A stretch of 63,192 bases of DNA, filler included, from Globobulimina sp. (Eukaryota), in NCBI GenBank assembly GCA_003354225.1. It is 40 parts of 40 records of this genome, joined end to end, with 100 filler letters (N's around TTAATTAATTAA, not from the genome) between each part and the next. Parts side by side here need not be neighbours in the genome. Positions count along the whole stretch, not along the records: positions 25,333 to 26,815 come from PIVH01015974.1; positions 26,916 to 28,397 come from PIVH01015975.1; positions 28,498 to 29,979 come from PIVH01015976.1; positions 30,080 to 31,561 come from PIVH01015977.1; positions 31,662 to 33,143 come from PIVH01015978.1; positions 33,244 to 34,725 come from PIVH01015979.1; positions 34,826 to 36,307 come from PIVH01015980.1; positions 36,408 to 37,889 come from PIVH01015981.1; 32 more parts are not named here. One strand, written 5' to 3'. The notes under the pieces were generated by a model. That model did not search any database. It was given only the letters and a program-made list of their open reading frames with translations, and was not told the origin of the DNA. The position numbers and the translations under genes were made by a program. Shown here one piece after another: positions 25,416 to 37,989 of this stretch. Position 1 is the first letter of the stretch, and each line of letters opens with the position of its first letter.

Positions 25416-26815
25416 TTAACATATTTGCCTTGCACTGCACTGCAGTCTCTCTTTGTGTGTATTAAATCTCTGATAATATTGTTTGTAAAAATGTGTGCCT
25501 AATAAAATGTTTGTGTGCAGTTTACATGCCGTTAATAATGAGGTCCACATACTTTCATGATACTGTTTTCTATATTGTTCATATCGAATTATAATTTCGT
25601 AAGCTTTTGTTACATATCCTTTTCGTGATAAACAATCAACCAAACTAGAAATGACATATTTATCATACATTGTATGCTCTGATTCAATTTCATATTTCCA
25701 AATATTTGCTGCTGTTAAAACATCACCACAATGACTGCAACAATTGATTAACAAAACATATGTTTGCGTGTTTGGTAATAAAAAGGTATCTTCCTTCATT
25801 GATCTAAGCAAGTTTTGAACATTATACAGATCGCCATTACAGCCATATGCTTCCATTATGCAATTCCAGATAGATATTTCGGATTTATATTTATCAATTT
25901 CGTACATTTTCACTCGATTGAAAATATCTTGACAAATGTCGAGAGCTCCACATTTGCCAAACATTTTTATCAAACTGTTTTGAATGCGAGTTTCATATAA
26001 AATCCATCTATTTTCTGTGTCAATATTTAATTTTTCATAAATTGTATTTGCGACATTTAACCATCCTTCAATTCCACAGACATTAAATATTATATTATAA
26101 CACAATATATTTGGTTCTAAATTATATATTGAATTAATTTGGTTGTAAAATTGTAAACATTCCATATTTAAATTACTGCGATAATATGCATTCATCATTG
26201 ATGACATTGTTAAAATATCTTTTTTATTTTCACTCATTGAATTAAATACTTTCAATGCACTCCCAATATCATTCAACTTCCCATAAAAATCGATCAACAC
26301 ATTTATAAGTTGAATATTATAATCATTAATTTTGTCAATATCAATGCTTGAAATTATTGTATTGCCTTTGTGAAAATCACAAACATTTATACAGCTTTTA
26401 ATTGCTAACATTTTGCAAACATTATACTGATCACCGGGGCTTACTGAAACAGGGCAATATAAATCATAAATGTCTAACGATTCCTTATAATATCCATTAT
26501 CAATGTATACTTTCATAATTGCACCATAATGAATTACTGTTTTCTTTTTGTCATTGATAGAGTTAAATATATTTGCAGCAGTTTGTACATCTTTAAAATG
26601 ACCATAAAAAATTATTAATACATTTAATATTGTTATTGTATCTTTAAAATGAGCATTACACCGATCGCGATATGTTTGTTGAATAGTAATTCCTTTTTCG
26701 TATTGGTTTAGATGTATACAAGCCTTTAGGGCCAGTATTGTGGTGACATCATCATTCAAATCTTGATTATTGTCATATAATTGCAAACATTTTTCATTTA
26801 AATCATTATTAATAT
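25416..26815 (-). CDS. Pentatricopeptide repeat protein, 5' partial
   Basis: Repeated NVLIDFYGK/NSLIKMFGKCG..A..IF, IWNCIMEAYG, CCSHCG, LVDCLSRKG and WTSLLTACK motifs. Confidence 0.92.
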
Positions 26816-26915
26816 NNNNNNNNNNNNNNNNNNNNNNNNNNNNNNNNNNNNNNNNNNNNTTAATTAATTAANNNNNNNNNNNNNNNNNNNNNNNNNNNNN
26901 NNNNNNNNNNNNNNN

Positions 26916-27000
26916 AAGACTTAGCATGACCGTCAATATATAGAACATTTCTTCCGGAGTCATGGGCGTTTAAGGGAGTTGCGTCTCCGCTTTCACTTCC
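26916..27000 (-). CDS. Bacterial-type H-X9-DG (DUF1559-associated) C-terminal motif fragment
   Basis: NAH-DSGRNVLYI-DGHAKS has exactly H-X9-DG; the tract is more GC-rich than its flanks. Confidence 0.55.
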
Positions 27001-27116
27001 CTGTAAAGATGCTTGCCATAGCCAGCAATAGCAATGCCGAAAAGGAAGCCGAACCGATTCGCAAGATGCTCCGCTTCGAGCGGGATTTACAGAAGCAAGT
27101 TCAAGCAAGATAAAAC

Positions 27117-27671
27117 TTACTGTGGATTATTCGAGATATTTGGCTCAACATTGGAACCATTAGTATCAGCAATTGCAGTATTTACAGTCTCTGCAGCCAT
27201 GTTTCCAAGTTCAGCATTTGCATCTTCCTCACTACTCAACTCTGCCAATGGATTAACATTTGGTGAAATGTTTTCACTCAAATCAATATCAACATCAATG
27301 TTCTCTTGTTCTTTGCTCTCTGGGTCCTCGGATTTATTATCAATTTCCTCTTCAGTGTCGATATGATTATCATCGGAGTTATTTTCATCGGAGTTATTGT
27401 CGTCGGATTCATTGTCATCGGATTTATTGTGTGTTTTTGTACGTTTCGCTTTAGGTGAGTCTATCAGTCCACTTCCAAGCGATGAAATAGTTCTTTTTCT
27501 TATTCGTTTCCATTGTAATGAATATCCACCACGACCATTATGAAGATAATACCAATCTTTTGTATTTTTTCTACATTGGGCACTGTTTAATTGTTTACAC
27601 GCTGCTTGCCAATGTTCAATTAAATGTGGTTTCTTTGATTTGCCACAAATTTTTCTCCAATTATTTTTCAC
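27117..27671 (-). CDS. Hypothetical protein with acidic low-complexity tail
   Basis: 184-aa ORF. Confidence 0.45.
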   Translation of the reverse strand: MKNNWRKICGKSKKPHLIEHWQAACKQLNSAQCRKNTKDWYYLHNGRGGYSLQWKRIRKRTISSLGSGLIDSPKAKRTKTHNKSDDNESDDNNSDENNSDDNHIDTEEEIDNKSEDPESKEQENIDVDIDLSENISPNVNPLAELSSEEDANAELGNMAAETVNTAIADTNGSNVEPNISNNPQ

Positions 27672-27749
27672 AAATTCTGAGTTATATTTAAGTTTATCGG
27701 TTTCTTGCTGTAATAACTAATATCAATGTCCAAATATGTCATAAGTACA

Positions 27750-28135
27750 ATAATTAAATAGAATACAAAACTTTGAGTGCTTCATTTAATTCATGTTTAG
27801 TTAAATCTTTTTTTTTGCCATGTTTTTGTGTTTTTGGCGTTTTTGTTGGATTTCTTTTACGTCGAGTCCTTTTTGGTGGAGTATGAGGCATTTCATCTGG
27901 CGAGAGGTCATCAGAAATGTAATCTGGCGATACAGTTTCAGGTTGAAATGAAATTAGTGAATTGTCTTCAAAGCTTAGTGAAAATTCATTTGGTTTTGTG
28001 GTTGGTGTACGTGTTGGAATTGGAATATGCGGATATCTTGGAATTTGAGTAGGTGCACGTGTTGGTGCTATAGGTGTAAGTGTTGGATGGTATGTTGGTG
28101 ACTGTGTTGGTACTGCGTTGGATTTATTTAATGCC
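27750..28135 (-). CDS. PT-repeat protein fragment
   Basis: Manual translation PTQSPTYHPTLTPIAPTRAPTQIP... Confidence 0.5.
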
Positions 28136-28497
28136 TATTTTTGTATCAATTTGTGCCTATTTTAATGAGTTGCAATACATAGATATTTGAGCTTGACTTA
28201 GCTTTTTGTAAATAGAATTGAAATTTCCAAATTATTTTACGAATCACATTACGGCCACCAATATCCACATTTTGCGCTGTAAATAAAGATGTGATTTCAG
28301 GATGAGTGTACTCAACAGTTTGCCGCCATGACTCAATATCTAATTTTTCAATGTCCGATGCTTCCACATAAATAACTTTGCCACGCGACGTATTATANNN
28401 NNNNNNNNNNNNNNNNNNNNNNNNNNNNNNNNNNNNNNNNNTTAATTAATTAANNNNNNNNNNNNNNNNNNNNNNNNNNNNNNNNNNNNNNNNNNNN

Positions 28498-29460
28498 AGC
28501 TGAAAATTGAAACATAATATTTCGAAAAAATTTGGAGTTATTTTGCATGGTAAATGGAATAGTGGTTGCCTGTTGCATGAAATAGAGGTTGTCTGATGCA
28601 TGTAATTCAAGATTATTGGCCCGAAATCAAAAATTCGATTTTACGGGATTTTAATATCAGCTTCAATCTATTAATATTGGTTGAGTTATGATTATATCAT
28701 CTAATCGTACCAGGACCCGAGGTTACTGTATTTATTTACACACAGAGATAAGACGTGTAAATTAATATATCAACCATAGAATTTTAGCGTCGCCACAGCG
28801 AATACATGTAAAACAGTATTCGTGGCAGGACCAGAAGGGGATACGGTAACTACCCTAACCCCAACCCATATCCTAAGTTGCCGGATCGGGAATAAATCCA
28901 ACCCAAAAACGAAAAAAACTCTAACTCGGTCAAAAGTTGACCGATCGAGCTGGAAAATGAAACACAAAGTTTCGAAAATTTTGGATTTATTTTGTATGGT
29001 GCATGAAATAGCGATTGCCTGAGGCATGAAATAGTGGTTGCCTGGCGCATGAATTTCAAAATTATATAACCGAAAACGTAAAATAGCTTTAACTTAGCCA
29101 AAAATTGACCGAACGAGCTGAAAATTGAAATACGAATTTCGATTTTAGACCAATTTTAATATTAGTTAGTCCAAATTGTCATAAGCAGTCTAAGGTCCTG
29201 GCACGAAAACCTAAAAATGGGTTACTATAGCAGCCAAATAAAACAAACGGTAGGATCGGGAATAAATCGATCCAAAAACGTAAAAATAGCCATAACTCGG
29301 CCGATAGAAGCCCGATCGAACCGAAAATTGAAATACAAATGTTCCAAATTATCGAATTTCGGCCTATAAAGTAGCACTGTAAATTACAATTTATACGGTC
29401 CGACGGATCGTAAATTCGAAAGTATAAAAATAGCCATAACACGGCCAATAATAACCGAAC
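28498..29460. repeat. Non-coding modular repeat (probable non-autonomous TE or satellite)
   Basis: Recurring AGCTGAAAATTGAAA, AAAAATAGCCATAAC(T)CGG, GGATCGGGAATAAATC and GCATGAAATAG blocks. Confidence 0.7.
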
Positions 29461-30147
29461 ACCATAAAACAATTGCCACGGTACAGTAATACACAGATTC
29501 TAAATGTCAAACACTAGAAACTGACTATCAGACCAACATTTCTGTAATAATGCCGAACTCTAAAATTATTTGACTTAAATAAATAGTTGCGGAATGCATA
29601 TCTGTAAACGTTATGAATTTATACGAGTATTTAGGCATATATTTATCACGAAATCGGTAATACATACAACAACGGAGCTATTCATTAACGTGAGTTGAAC
29701 ATTTTAACAAGAGATATTTTTAAATGGACGACTCGCTAGTAACTGTCGCCTCGCGGCAGACGTCTCTACGATCAGAACGAGATCGATCACGTTATAGTAA
29801 ATACTGTCAGCAGATAGTTTTGTTTCTGTCTCGCAGGCTAGATAAATTAAATTAAAAATATTGGCGTTTAACCACGATCGAGAGGTACGCACCGATCGGC
29901 CCCAATATATTTTATAGCGGGGTTTGCCGTCAAATATAGGTTGACGTGCTATAAGCCAAATTGGCAACGCAGTACCACCNNNNNNNNNNNNNNNNNNNNN
30001 NNNNNNNNNNNNNNNNNNNNNNNTTAATTAATTAANNNNNNNNNNNNNNNNNNNNNNNNNNNNNNNNNNNNNNNNNNNNTTTCTTTGTGGTATATTTCCA
30101 TTTCTAACTGCATTCTGTTCATATCTTGACTTGATACTGTTTCTATT

Positions 30148-30720
30148 TTATTGCAGCAACAATTCTATATATGTTTGCCACATAAAATTAAAATAGCAGC
30201 AGTAGAAATGCATTGCTTTAACTCTTTTGGTTTGATAGTACGCCAATTCTTTTTGGATCAACAGATGGCATCGCATGCACAAAATGTATATTGGTATTTG
30301 TTTTGATGAAGTAAAAAAATTATGAATTTGATATTGTATTGAATTTAAAATTGGTGTGATTTCTTTTTCTAATTCAGCCTCAATGCCTGCAGCATAAGGT
30401 GTAGCCAATGGATACTTGATTAGAATAGAAACGGTCAATGACCCTTCCGTTTTGCAACAAAGTTTATAAACATCGGTGTTACCATTTGCAGTCTCCATTG
30501 GTATGTTAATAGTGTATGAAGACGATTTATCGATGGATTCATCTGTACACAAACGATGATTGATCGTATCCAACAATGTATGTGTTTCCTGTGGCGCAAT
30601 ATATTCTTCGTTGTGTGCAATAATATTACAATTTCGCTCATTTTCAACAATACATTGATGTGCATATATTACTGTGTCAGAAATTGACACCAACACACTT
30701 ACAATAGACACATTTGCCAT
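30148..30720 (-). CDS. Hypothetical protein
   Basis: 190-aa ATG ORF divergent from Sec31. Confidence 0.5.
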   Translation of the reverse strand: MANVSIVSVLVSISDTVIYAHQCIVENERNCNIIAHNEEYIAPQETHTLLDTINHRLCTDESIDKSSSYTINIPMETANGNTDVYKLCCKTEGSLTVSILIKYPLATPYAAGIEAELEKEITPILNSIQYQIHNFFTSSKQIPIYILCMRCHLLIQKELAYYQTKRVKAMHFYCCYFNFMWQTYIELLLQ

Positions 30721-30772
30721 GATTTACTAAAAAAAAACTCTCGAACTCAACTGAAAAACAAGCTATTCCATA

Positions 30773-31290
30773 ATGGAGTGTGCATCAATCCAACGCGATG
30801 CGTCATCAATAGCGTGGTGTCCCATATCCGAGCTACCCTCAGTAAACCTAGACTCCTCAGACACCAAATGCAACCCTCTATATTTATTAGCCTCCGTGCA
30901 TCAAGACATGGACGCATCATTCAATTCAAGCTCACAAATCGAAATCTTAAATACATCCCCATCCACCAAAAACAGAAAAAAGAAAAACAATTCCATTTAC
31001 CCCTTAGGATGTTCCTCCTCCAGACAAAACTTCACCACATTGACCTGGGGACAGCAGGTACAGTACACACAATATACACATCATCCTCATCCACCCACCA
31101 CACACACACACAAACAATCAGACCTCGCCCAGCGAGTCCATGCCGTTGGGAATCATCGCCGGCGGGATGGAAGACGGCTGCATCACCTTCTGGAACCCCT
31201 ACGATTTGATCAATAATAAAAATACACGTTCGTTGATCGGCTCCCATATCGATTATCATCACGAACTCACACAGTGTGTTATCAGTACAA
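30773..31290 (+). CDS. SEC31: Sec31 (COPII) N-terminal WD40 region, intron 31058-31121, truncated
   Basis: IQRDASSIAWCP..LYLLA..QDMDASF..IEI..LTWG|..LGIIAGGMEDGCITFWNP matches the Sec31 N-terminus. Confidence 0.8.
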
Positions 31291-31949
31291 CGTACATCGC
31301 AAAAAAATTAAAACATAACAAAAAATTAAATGTATACAGTATAGTTTTTTTATTTTTTTTGAATTACCAATGCTTCTTTACATCCAATTTGTTTCTTTTC
31401 ATGAACATAATCAAATTGTTTTAATTCCCATCCTTTTTCTACAAATATTTTTGCATTTTGTGTAATAAAATGATTGATAGAATCCTTTGGTTTAATAATC
31501 TCTAATCGAGTAAATATTGAATGTGGCATTTTATTCATCATATCAATGCATACAAATATTTNNNNNNNNNNNNNNNNNNNNNNNNNNNNNNNNNNNNNNN
31601 NNNNNTTAATTAATTAANNNNNNNNNNNNNNNNNNNNNNNNNNNNNNNNNNNNNNNNNNNNGACCAATAACATCAACTGTTCATAAAAATCGTTTCTTGC
31701 ACCAAATAGTTTTCTCGCTCTTCCTGAAATTTCATCAAATCTAAAAAACAACACAAATAAACAATTGTTTTTGAGTTATAATATTTATATTCAATTAATA
31801 TAAGCATATTATTTGGATTTTATCCAAATTGTCCAAGAAAGTGATCTTTGATGTTGCTAACTTAGAAAAAAAAACTTTTCAAAAGTGACAATGACAGCAT
31901 CAAAGTACTAGTGCTTTGCATGGATAATTGCATCACCACACAACTACAT

Positions 31950-32830
31950 ATCAGGAAATTTTATTTTCAACCAATAAAAAAGGAGAAAGTAAAGTGACAG
32001 GGGTTCAAATGGAAGATGGCAGCATAATTAAAGCAGATCATATATTATCGAATAGCACCCCATATCATACATTCTCGGAGTTATTCCCCGCCAACAATCC
32101 ATTTACTGATACCTTCATAAAAGGTATTCAACAGCAAGATTACCAGTGTGGTGCATTTAAAATCAATATGGTGGTGGATAAGTTGCCTTGTTTTGAATGT
32201 CTACCAAACGAATATGATCGTAATGGGATTGCTATTGTTGGCGCCCAACATAAAGGAACCATACATTTTGAATCAAGAATGAAAGAATTGGAATATGCAT
32301 CGTTTCAATCGAAACAAGGTATTCCCGCAACTAGACCGATTATAGAAATGACAATCCCATCATCTTTGGATAAATCCGTGATTATAAATAAAGACTTACA
32401 ACTGAGGGGATATCACATCGTTCAATTATTTATCCAACACGCTCCGTATGATTTGAACTATGAAGTCTGTGGTGTTCACAGTTGGGACGATAATAATGGT
32501 GAATTTAAAAGAGAATTTGTAGAAAATGTGTTTAGAATTATTGATGAATTTGCTCCTGGTTTTTCAAGCTCAGTGGTGCATTATGATGCATTGAGTCCGC
32601 GGGATTTAGAGAGAATATATGGTTTGTATAAAGGGAATATATTCCATGGTTCGATATCTTTGGATCAGATTGGATGGAATCGACCAATTAAAGAGATGAT
32701 GGGGAACTATTCGACACCGCTGAAAGGATTATATCTGTGTGGTTCTGGTGCGCATCCTGGTGGCGGTGTTATGGGTGCGCCTGGAAGGAATTGTGCAAAC
32801 CTTATCAAATCTGAATTGAAATTGAAATAA
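31950..32830 (+). CDS. PYROXD2 / phytoene dehydrogenase-like FAD oxidoreductase, C-terminal half
   Basis: PIIEMTIPSSLD, FAPGFS, SPRDLERIYGL..GNIFHG and GLYLCGSGAHPGGGVMGAPGRN. Confidence 0.9.
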
Positions 32831-33629
32831 TTATAATGTTGATTATTGTTTTGTAATTATTGTTTGTGAGTTGTTCTATGATTGCATGAGTAAGAAAGTG
32901 GTAAATGAGTGACATGATGACATGGTACTTTAAAGCTACTACTTAGTAGTGAGCGATTAACTCCAAAAGTTAAAGTCCGATCATGACAATGAAAATTAGC
33001 TCAATAGTTGTGGGAAAATAGGTTAATAATAAAATGTTATTGGTTCCCGATGAAACACAACCTTTAAGAATTCAATTTTGACTTTCAATGTTTTTATTTT
33101 GAATAATCTGTAAAAAACTGTAAATTCAAAGAGTTTACAGTAANNNNNNNNNNNNNNNNNNNNNNNNNNNNNNNNNNNNNNNNNNNNTTAATTAATTAAN
33201 NNNNNNNNNNNNNNNNNNNNNNNNNNNNNNNNNNNNNNNNNNNCTAAATATGATTTTTGATTCGTCGTAGATACTTTTAGACGAAATTCATGAATGAGAT
33301 TCATATTTAGGATCGCCAATCTAAAAGACAAGTGTAGACATTGGAGACATGAAATGTAACGGACTCGAAAATCACTTAGTTGAGCATAGTCAATTCTCAT
33401 TTGGATGGGATAATCAATAATCAACAAACATGATCGACGATGCGAACCACTGCTATGTCTGGATTTGAAACAAGCGTCTTTTGAAGATTTCGTTTCTTTT
33501 TGATTTTGGCATATGAAGGATTTGATTTCTTCACTTCTGCTGAAGCGAAAAAAAAGGTGCGATAAAAAAAATCAAGTACTGTATGAAATATTTAGCAATA
33601 AAAGTACGTATTATTTATGTTTGTGATGT

Positions 33630-34725
33630 TTATTTATGAACACTTGATGGCTTACCATTTTTGATGCATATTCTTGGTTTCTTCGTTGGTGGTTCATTAT
33701 GTTGATCATTTTGTATTATTTCATGTTTTCGTTTTCTTGATTTATTCTGTTTTCTATATACATTGTTATGATTATCCTCATTATTATCGGCATCATCACG
33801 ATACTGACTATCACATAATAATTGTATCTGTGTCCACAATCTTATCCTATCGCCAATTTTATTGATACCAATGCATTTCAAATCATCTTTTGTCATTGAT
33901 TTGATAATCTCCATATTATTTATATTATTATTTCTAAAAACGCCCACATACTCTGCCAAATGCACACTATTTGTTAACCATAATTTGACATCGCGACTAA
34001 ACACTTTCTGTTTCTTCCTCTCATTCCTCGACTCTTTGATGGTTAACACATCGTCGTCTTTGTGATTCACCACCGCCATTTCAATTTTTATACTCAATTT
34101 GTTGAACAATGTCAAACACAAAGCATTGCATTCTAAAAAAGTATCCTCTTTGTCGCGAAAATAGCGGCCTGGGAACTTTTGATAAAATGTAGATTTCAAA
34201 CCATTTTGTAATATATAAATTGTTATCTTGCAATCCATGGATTCGCGCGAACTGAAACCAAGACAATCAATGCTTATTTTCAGCTGTTTGTGATCGCAAT
34301 TCTGTTCAGATACGGATGGTGCGGACAAATAACGATTTGGCTTCACGGGTTGTATGGAAATGTACCACTGATGTTCGTGCAGCTCAAATGGGTCACTATT
34401 CAGGCCACTATTTGATGAAAATTTGGTTTTTATTTCATTCAAAATTGACGGATCGCTGATATTCCACACAAACGAATCACATTTCATTTCGATAAAACGT
34501 GATTGCGATTTCTCATCATCGTCGATTGTGTCATTTGTATCTGTTGTTTGAGAATAATTATTGAGTGATAAACAGTCATTGTTCATACCATATCGTGCGA
34601 TGATATTTGCTTTGCAAAATATTTGCAATTTATTATATTTGACTAACTTTTTGGATAAAATGTTATTTTGAGCTTCGTCGAGTAATAAAATACATTTGTC
34701 GTATCCGAATGTGTCAATACGAGAT
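33630..34725 (-). CDS. MATH-like plus SAM domain protein, 5' partial
   Basis: FVWNI..SDPFEL..QWYISI (MATH-like); VKLWL..LAEYVGVF..MTKDDLKCIGINKIGDRIRL (SAM). Confidence 0.75.
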
Positions 34726-34834
34726 NNNNNNNNNNNNNNNNNNNNNNNNNNNNNNNNNNNNNNNNNNNNTTAATTAATTAANNNNNNNNNNNNNNNNNNN
34801 NNNNNNNNNNNNNNNNNNNNNNNNNGAGAAAGAA

Positions 34835-36217
34835 ATGACACTTTTAAATGTCCGTAAAAGGCGTAATCTTCAATACGAACTACAAAATCTTGTCAACGAA
34901 TATAATCATTATCAACAGCTTGAATACCGCTACAACAATAATCCGGAAAATAGCAAAGCTGACTGGAAACAATCAATACTGATTGGAAACAACTATAAAT
35001 GTTGGTATCCAAACTCCAAAAACAATAAATGTCGATATAAATCATATAATGAATGGAGATCTAAGTGGTTTGACACTACGTATGATGGCAACACTGTATC
35101 ACGAAGAACTAAATCAGGCCAATCGACGCAGGAATCATTTGTTGAACCATTCACATATTGCAATTTATTGATCAATCCATATTACAGAAAAAAAAACGTT
35201 AAGAATACCATTGTTAAAGCTGAGAATAACTCGCATAAAGTCAAGAAAAACCAATTAAAAATGAAATATCGTATCAACCAGAAATTATGCTGTGTGTTGA
35301 AGAAAAAATTAAACAATGAAAATCACTTTGCATTGAAAATGGAAATCCAAAAACCAGTGTGTTACAGAGATTATATTTTCCAACAGAAACAGATGCAAAA
35401 AAGCGAGGAAGAACAAAGAAAGAATGAGCTGGAAAGAACAGTAGAATTTGATATTAAAGTCACGTTACAATTTATGGATGGCTTTATGGATAATTTTGGC
35501 TGTAAACATCAATTTGAATTCGGTGATATATCACTTGTATATGTAGCAAATGCAGATAATATTAATAAGTATGCTGTTTTAAGCAATTTAAGAACAGTAA
35601 GATATAACAAATGCCATTGGATCAAATATTATTGTTCGATGCATGATAATCAGAAATTGATCTATTTGGCCAATATTATTTTTGAAAGAAGAATAAATTC
35701 ACGGCGTTATTCGCATTGTAATGATGGCTTCAATTTTAAACAAGCGGTTGTGTGGAATGGCAATGAAGTTTCAGTTCGTTATAATACGTTATTTGAAGTG
35801 TTATGTGATGGCTTTGAAGCTTTTGTGCCAAAATGCATACTCAAAGTTATTTTGGTATTTCTGAATATGGAATATTATTATTATTATACTGCAACTATTA
35901 CAGGAAAAATTGTTGGGAAAAAAGTTAGTGATCGATATCTGACCCGTTTTATAAATGTTGAAGATGAAAATTTGCGTAATTTGCGAGTAGGCACAACTAG
36001 AATGTATCAGGTTGATTATTCTAAACAATGTGATATAAATATACTGTGTCACACTGCACCTAAAATCATGCTATTTGATAGGGAATTGAGCAAAGAAGAA
36101 TTGGCAGAGCAACGGAAACAAGAACAGGAAGCAATGTTGGCATTGGAGGACACTGATGATGGAAGCAGTGATTTTGAACAAATGAAAGTTATAATAATAA
36201 TAATAATAATAATTTAA
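34835..36217 (+). CDS. Hypothetical protein
   Basis: 460-aa ORF ending in an (ATA)n microsatellite. Confidence 0.6.
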   Translation: MTLLNVRKRRNLQYELQNLVNEYNHYQQLEYRYNNNPENSKADWKQSILIGNNYKCWYPNSKNNKCRYKSYNEWRSKWFDTTYDGNTVSRRTKSGQSTQESFVEPFTYCNLLINPYYRKKNVKNTIVKAENNSHKVKKNQLKMKYRINQKLCCVLKKKLNNENHFALKMEIQKPVCYRDYIFQQKQMQKSEEEQRKNELERTVEFDIKVTLQFMDGFMDNFGCKHQFEFGDISLVYVANADNINKYAVLSNLRTVRYNKCHWIKYYCSMHDNQKLIYLANIIFERRINSRRYSHCNDGFNFKQAVVWNGNEVSVRYNTLFEVLCDGFEAFVPKCILKVILVFLNMEYYYYYTATITGKIVGKKVSDRYLTRFINVEDENLRNLRVGTTRMYQVDYSKQCDINILCHTAPKIMLFDRELSKEELAEQRKQEQEAMLALEDTDDGSSDFEQMKVIIIIIIII

Positions 36218-36407
36218 AGCTGCATCCTTGGATGCCCGTGGTGCACTTGAAGTGCTCCCGAAGGGGCCCAGTTGCCTGGTGGTTGGTTATTATAGTTTCT
36301 TGCTGCTNNNNNNNNNNNNNNNNNNNNNNNNNNNNNNNNNNNNNNNNNNNNTTAATTAATTAANNNNNNNNNNNNNNNNNNNNNNNNNNNNNNNNNNNNN
36401 NNNNNNN

Positions 36408-36932
36408 GATTTTGTGAGCATAAATATGGAATTTCGTGTTATCTATAATAATGTTGGAATGTATGCAGATAAACAATTAATGAATGAAATCTTTTCTATT
36501 CAATTACAAAAAAATGAGATTGTCGAAGGCCAATATGTTGGCTCCCAAGCAATTTTATTGGATAAATTTAAATTCTACGTTTCAACAAAACACGTTGAGA
36601 AAGTATCAATTGGTGAAATAAAGAATGTTCCATTTTATACTGGACCCCAATATAAACTTAAAATAGAAGCTGTAGATTCTACGGATTTTATCAATGTAAA
36701 AATAAAGTTTCGTATCATTGTCGATGATGTTGATCTATATTCAGATAAAGAATTAACGGGGAAAATATCTTCAACTGAATTGCAAAAAAATGATATTGTA
36801 CAAGGACAATATATTGGTACAACAAACGCAATTCTATTGCATGAATTTGAATTCCAATGTTATATTTCTGGAACGAGCGTTGTTGAACTGACAATCCATG
36901 AATATATACAATCTCATTGTGAGAAAATTTAA
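36408..36932 (+). CDS. Protein with two tandem SH3-like beta repeats
   Basis: FRVIYNNVGMYADKQL..LQKNEIVEGQYVG..AILL is repeated as FRIIVDDVDLYSDKEL..LQKNDIVQGQYIG..AILL. Confidence 0.6.
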   Translation, partial: DFVSINMEFRVIYNNVGMYADKQLMNEIFSIQLQKNEIVEGQYVGSQAILLDKFKFYVSTKHVEKVSIGEIKNVPFYTGPQYKLKIEAVDSTDFINVKIKFRIIVDDVDLYSDKELTGKISSTELQKNDIVQGQYIGTTNAILLHEFEFQCYISGTSVVELTIHEYIQSHCEKI

Positions 36933-37232
36933 AACATTGTTTTTGATACGACGTAAGTCCGATAATCACAGTCAAAATCATGAAATCCGACAACAAAATA
37001 TGTTATTTAAACTGTAGTACTGTTTTTAATCTGCACATTGCAAAATGCAAATCATAAACAAACCATGAAACCACAACAACAAAAAGAAAAAAATGGAAGA
37101 CACACAATCAACATTAATACAAACAATCAAAAAACAGTTAACGTTGACTCTGCAATAATAAAATTAAAACACAAAAATTATAAGATATACTTTTCCAATG
37201 TCAAAAAAAAGGAAGAAATACAATTGATTTTT

Positions 37233-37720
37233 TTAATCATATATTTGTAAATCATATCGATTGTTACAAAAAGCCACCGCCAACACATAACTACGTTTAT
37301 TATCCACATTGAATGCAATTCCGTTATTTATCTGATTACACAGAAACATTAATTTATTATTATTTAAATTCACTGTGATTATATCATTTATTCCATATCT
37401 CTTTCCATATATTTTGCTCTTTTTGTTCGCATCAAATGCATTGCCTGACATTCCACCATAACCATATCCAAAATACGGATGCGTCCAAAATCCGCCATAT
37501 TTTACATTTCTTTGTTTCACAATGCCAACATCACATATACCAATCACTACATTCGCTATATCGTTACCATTAACCTTACCATGCGGTAATACCTTTATTT
37601 TCCATTGCCAACACTCTCCATTTCCCACAATTTTTGCACCGAAACACGATATCCATTGCTTGGATTTAATTTTTAGGCAATGTATTCCATTCAAAGTCTC
37701 ATCACTTATTAGTCACAGCA
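37233..37720 (-). CDS. SPRY/B30.2 domain fragment
   Basis: WQWKIKV..VVIGI..YGY..G..YGKRYGINDIITVNL..LMF..N..GIAF. Confidence 0.8.
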
Positions 37721-37989
37721 GTTTGCCATGATTTTCAACAACAAAAACATTTTGTCACTGAAAACATCTTTCACCGTCAAAAAAAAACAAACCTTAGTTC
37801 AATACCTTTATTACGTTGAGCCTTTTCAAAGTCCCAAAAGTCAGTGAATTCACAGTATTTATGCATATGTCCACTAGTTTCCGTACTCANNNNNNNNNNN
37901 NNNNNNNNNNNNNNNNNNNNNNNNNNNNNNNNNTTAATTAATTAANNNNNNNNNNNNNNNNNNNNNNNNNNNNNNNNNNNNNNNNNNNN

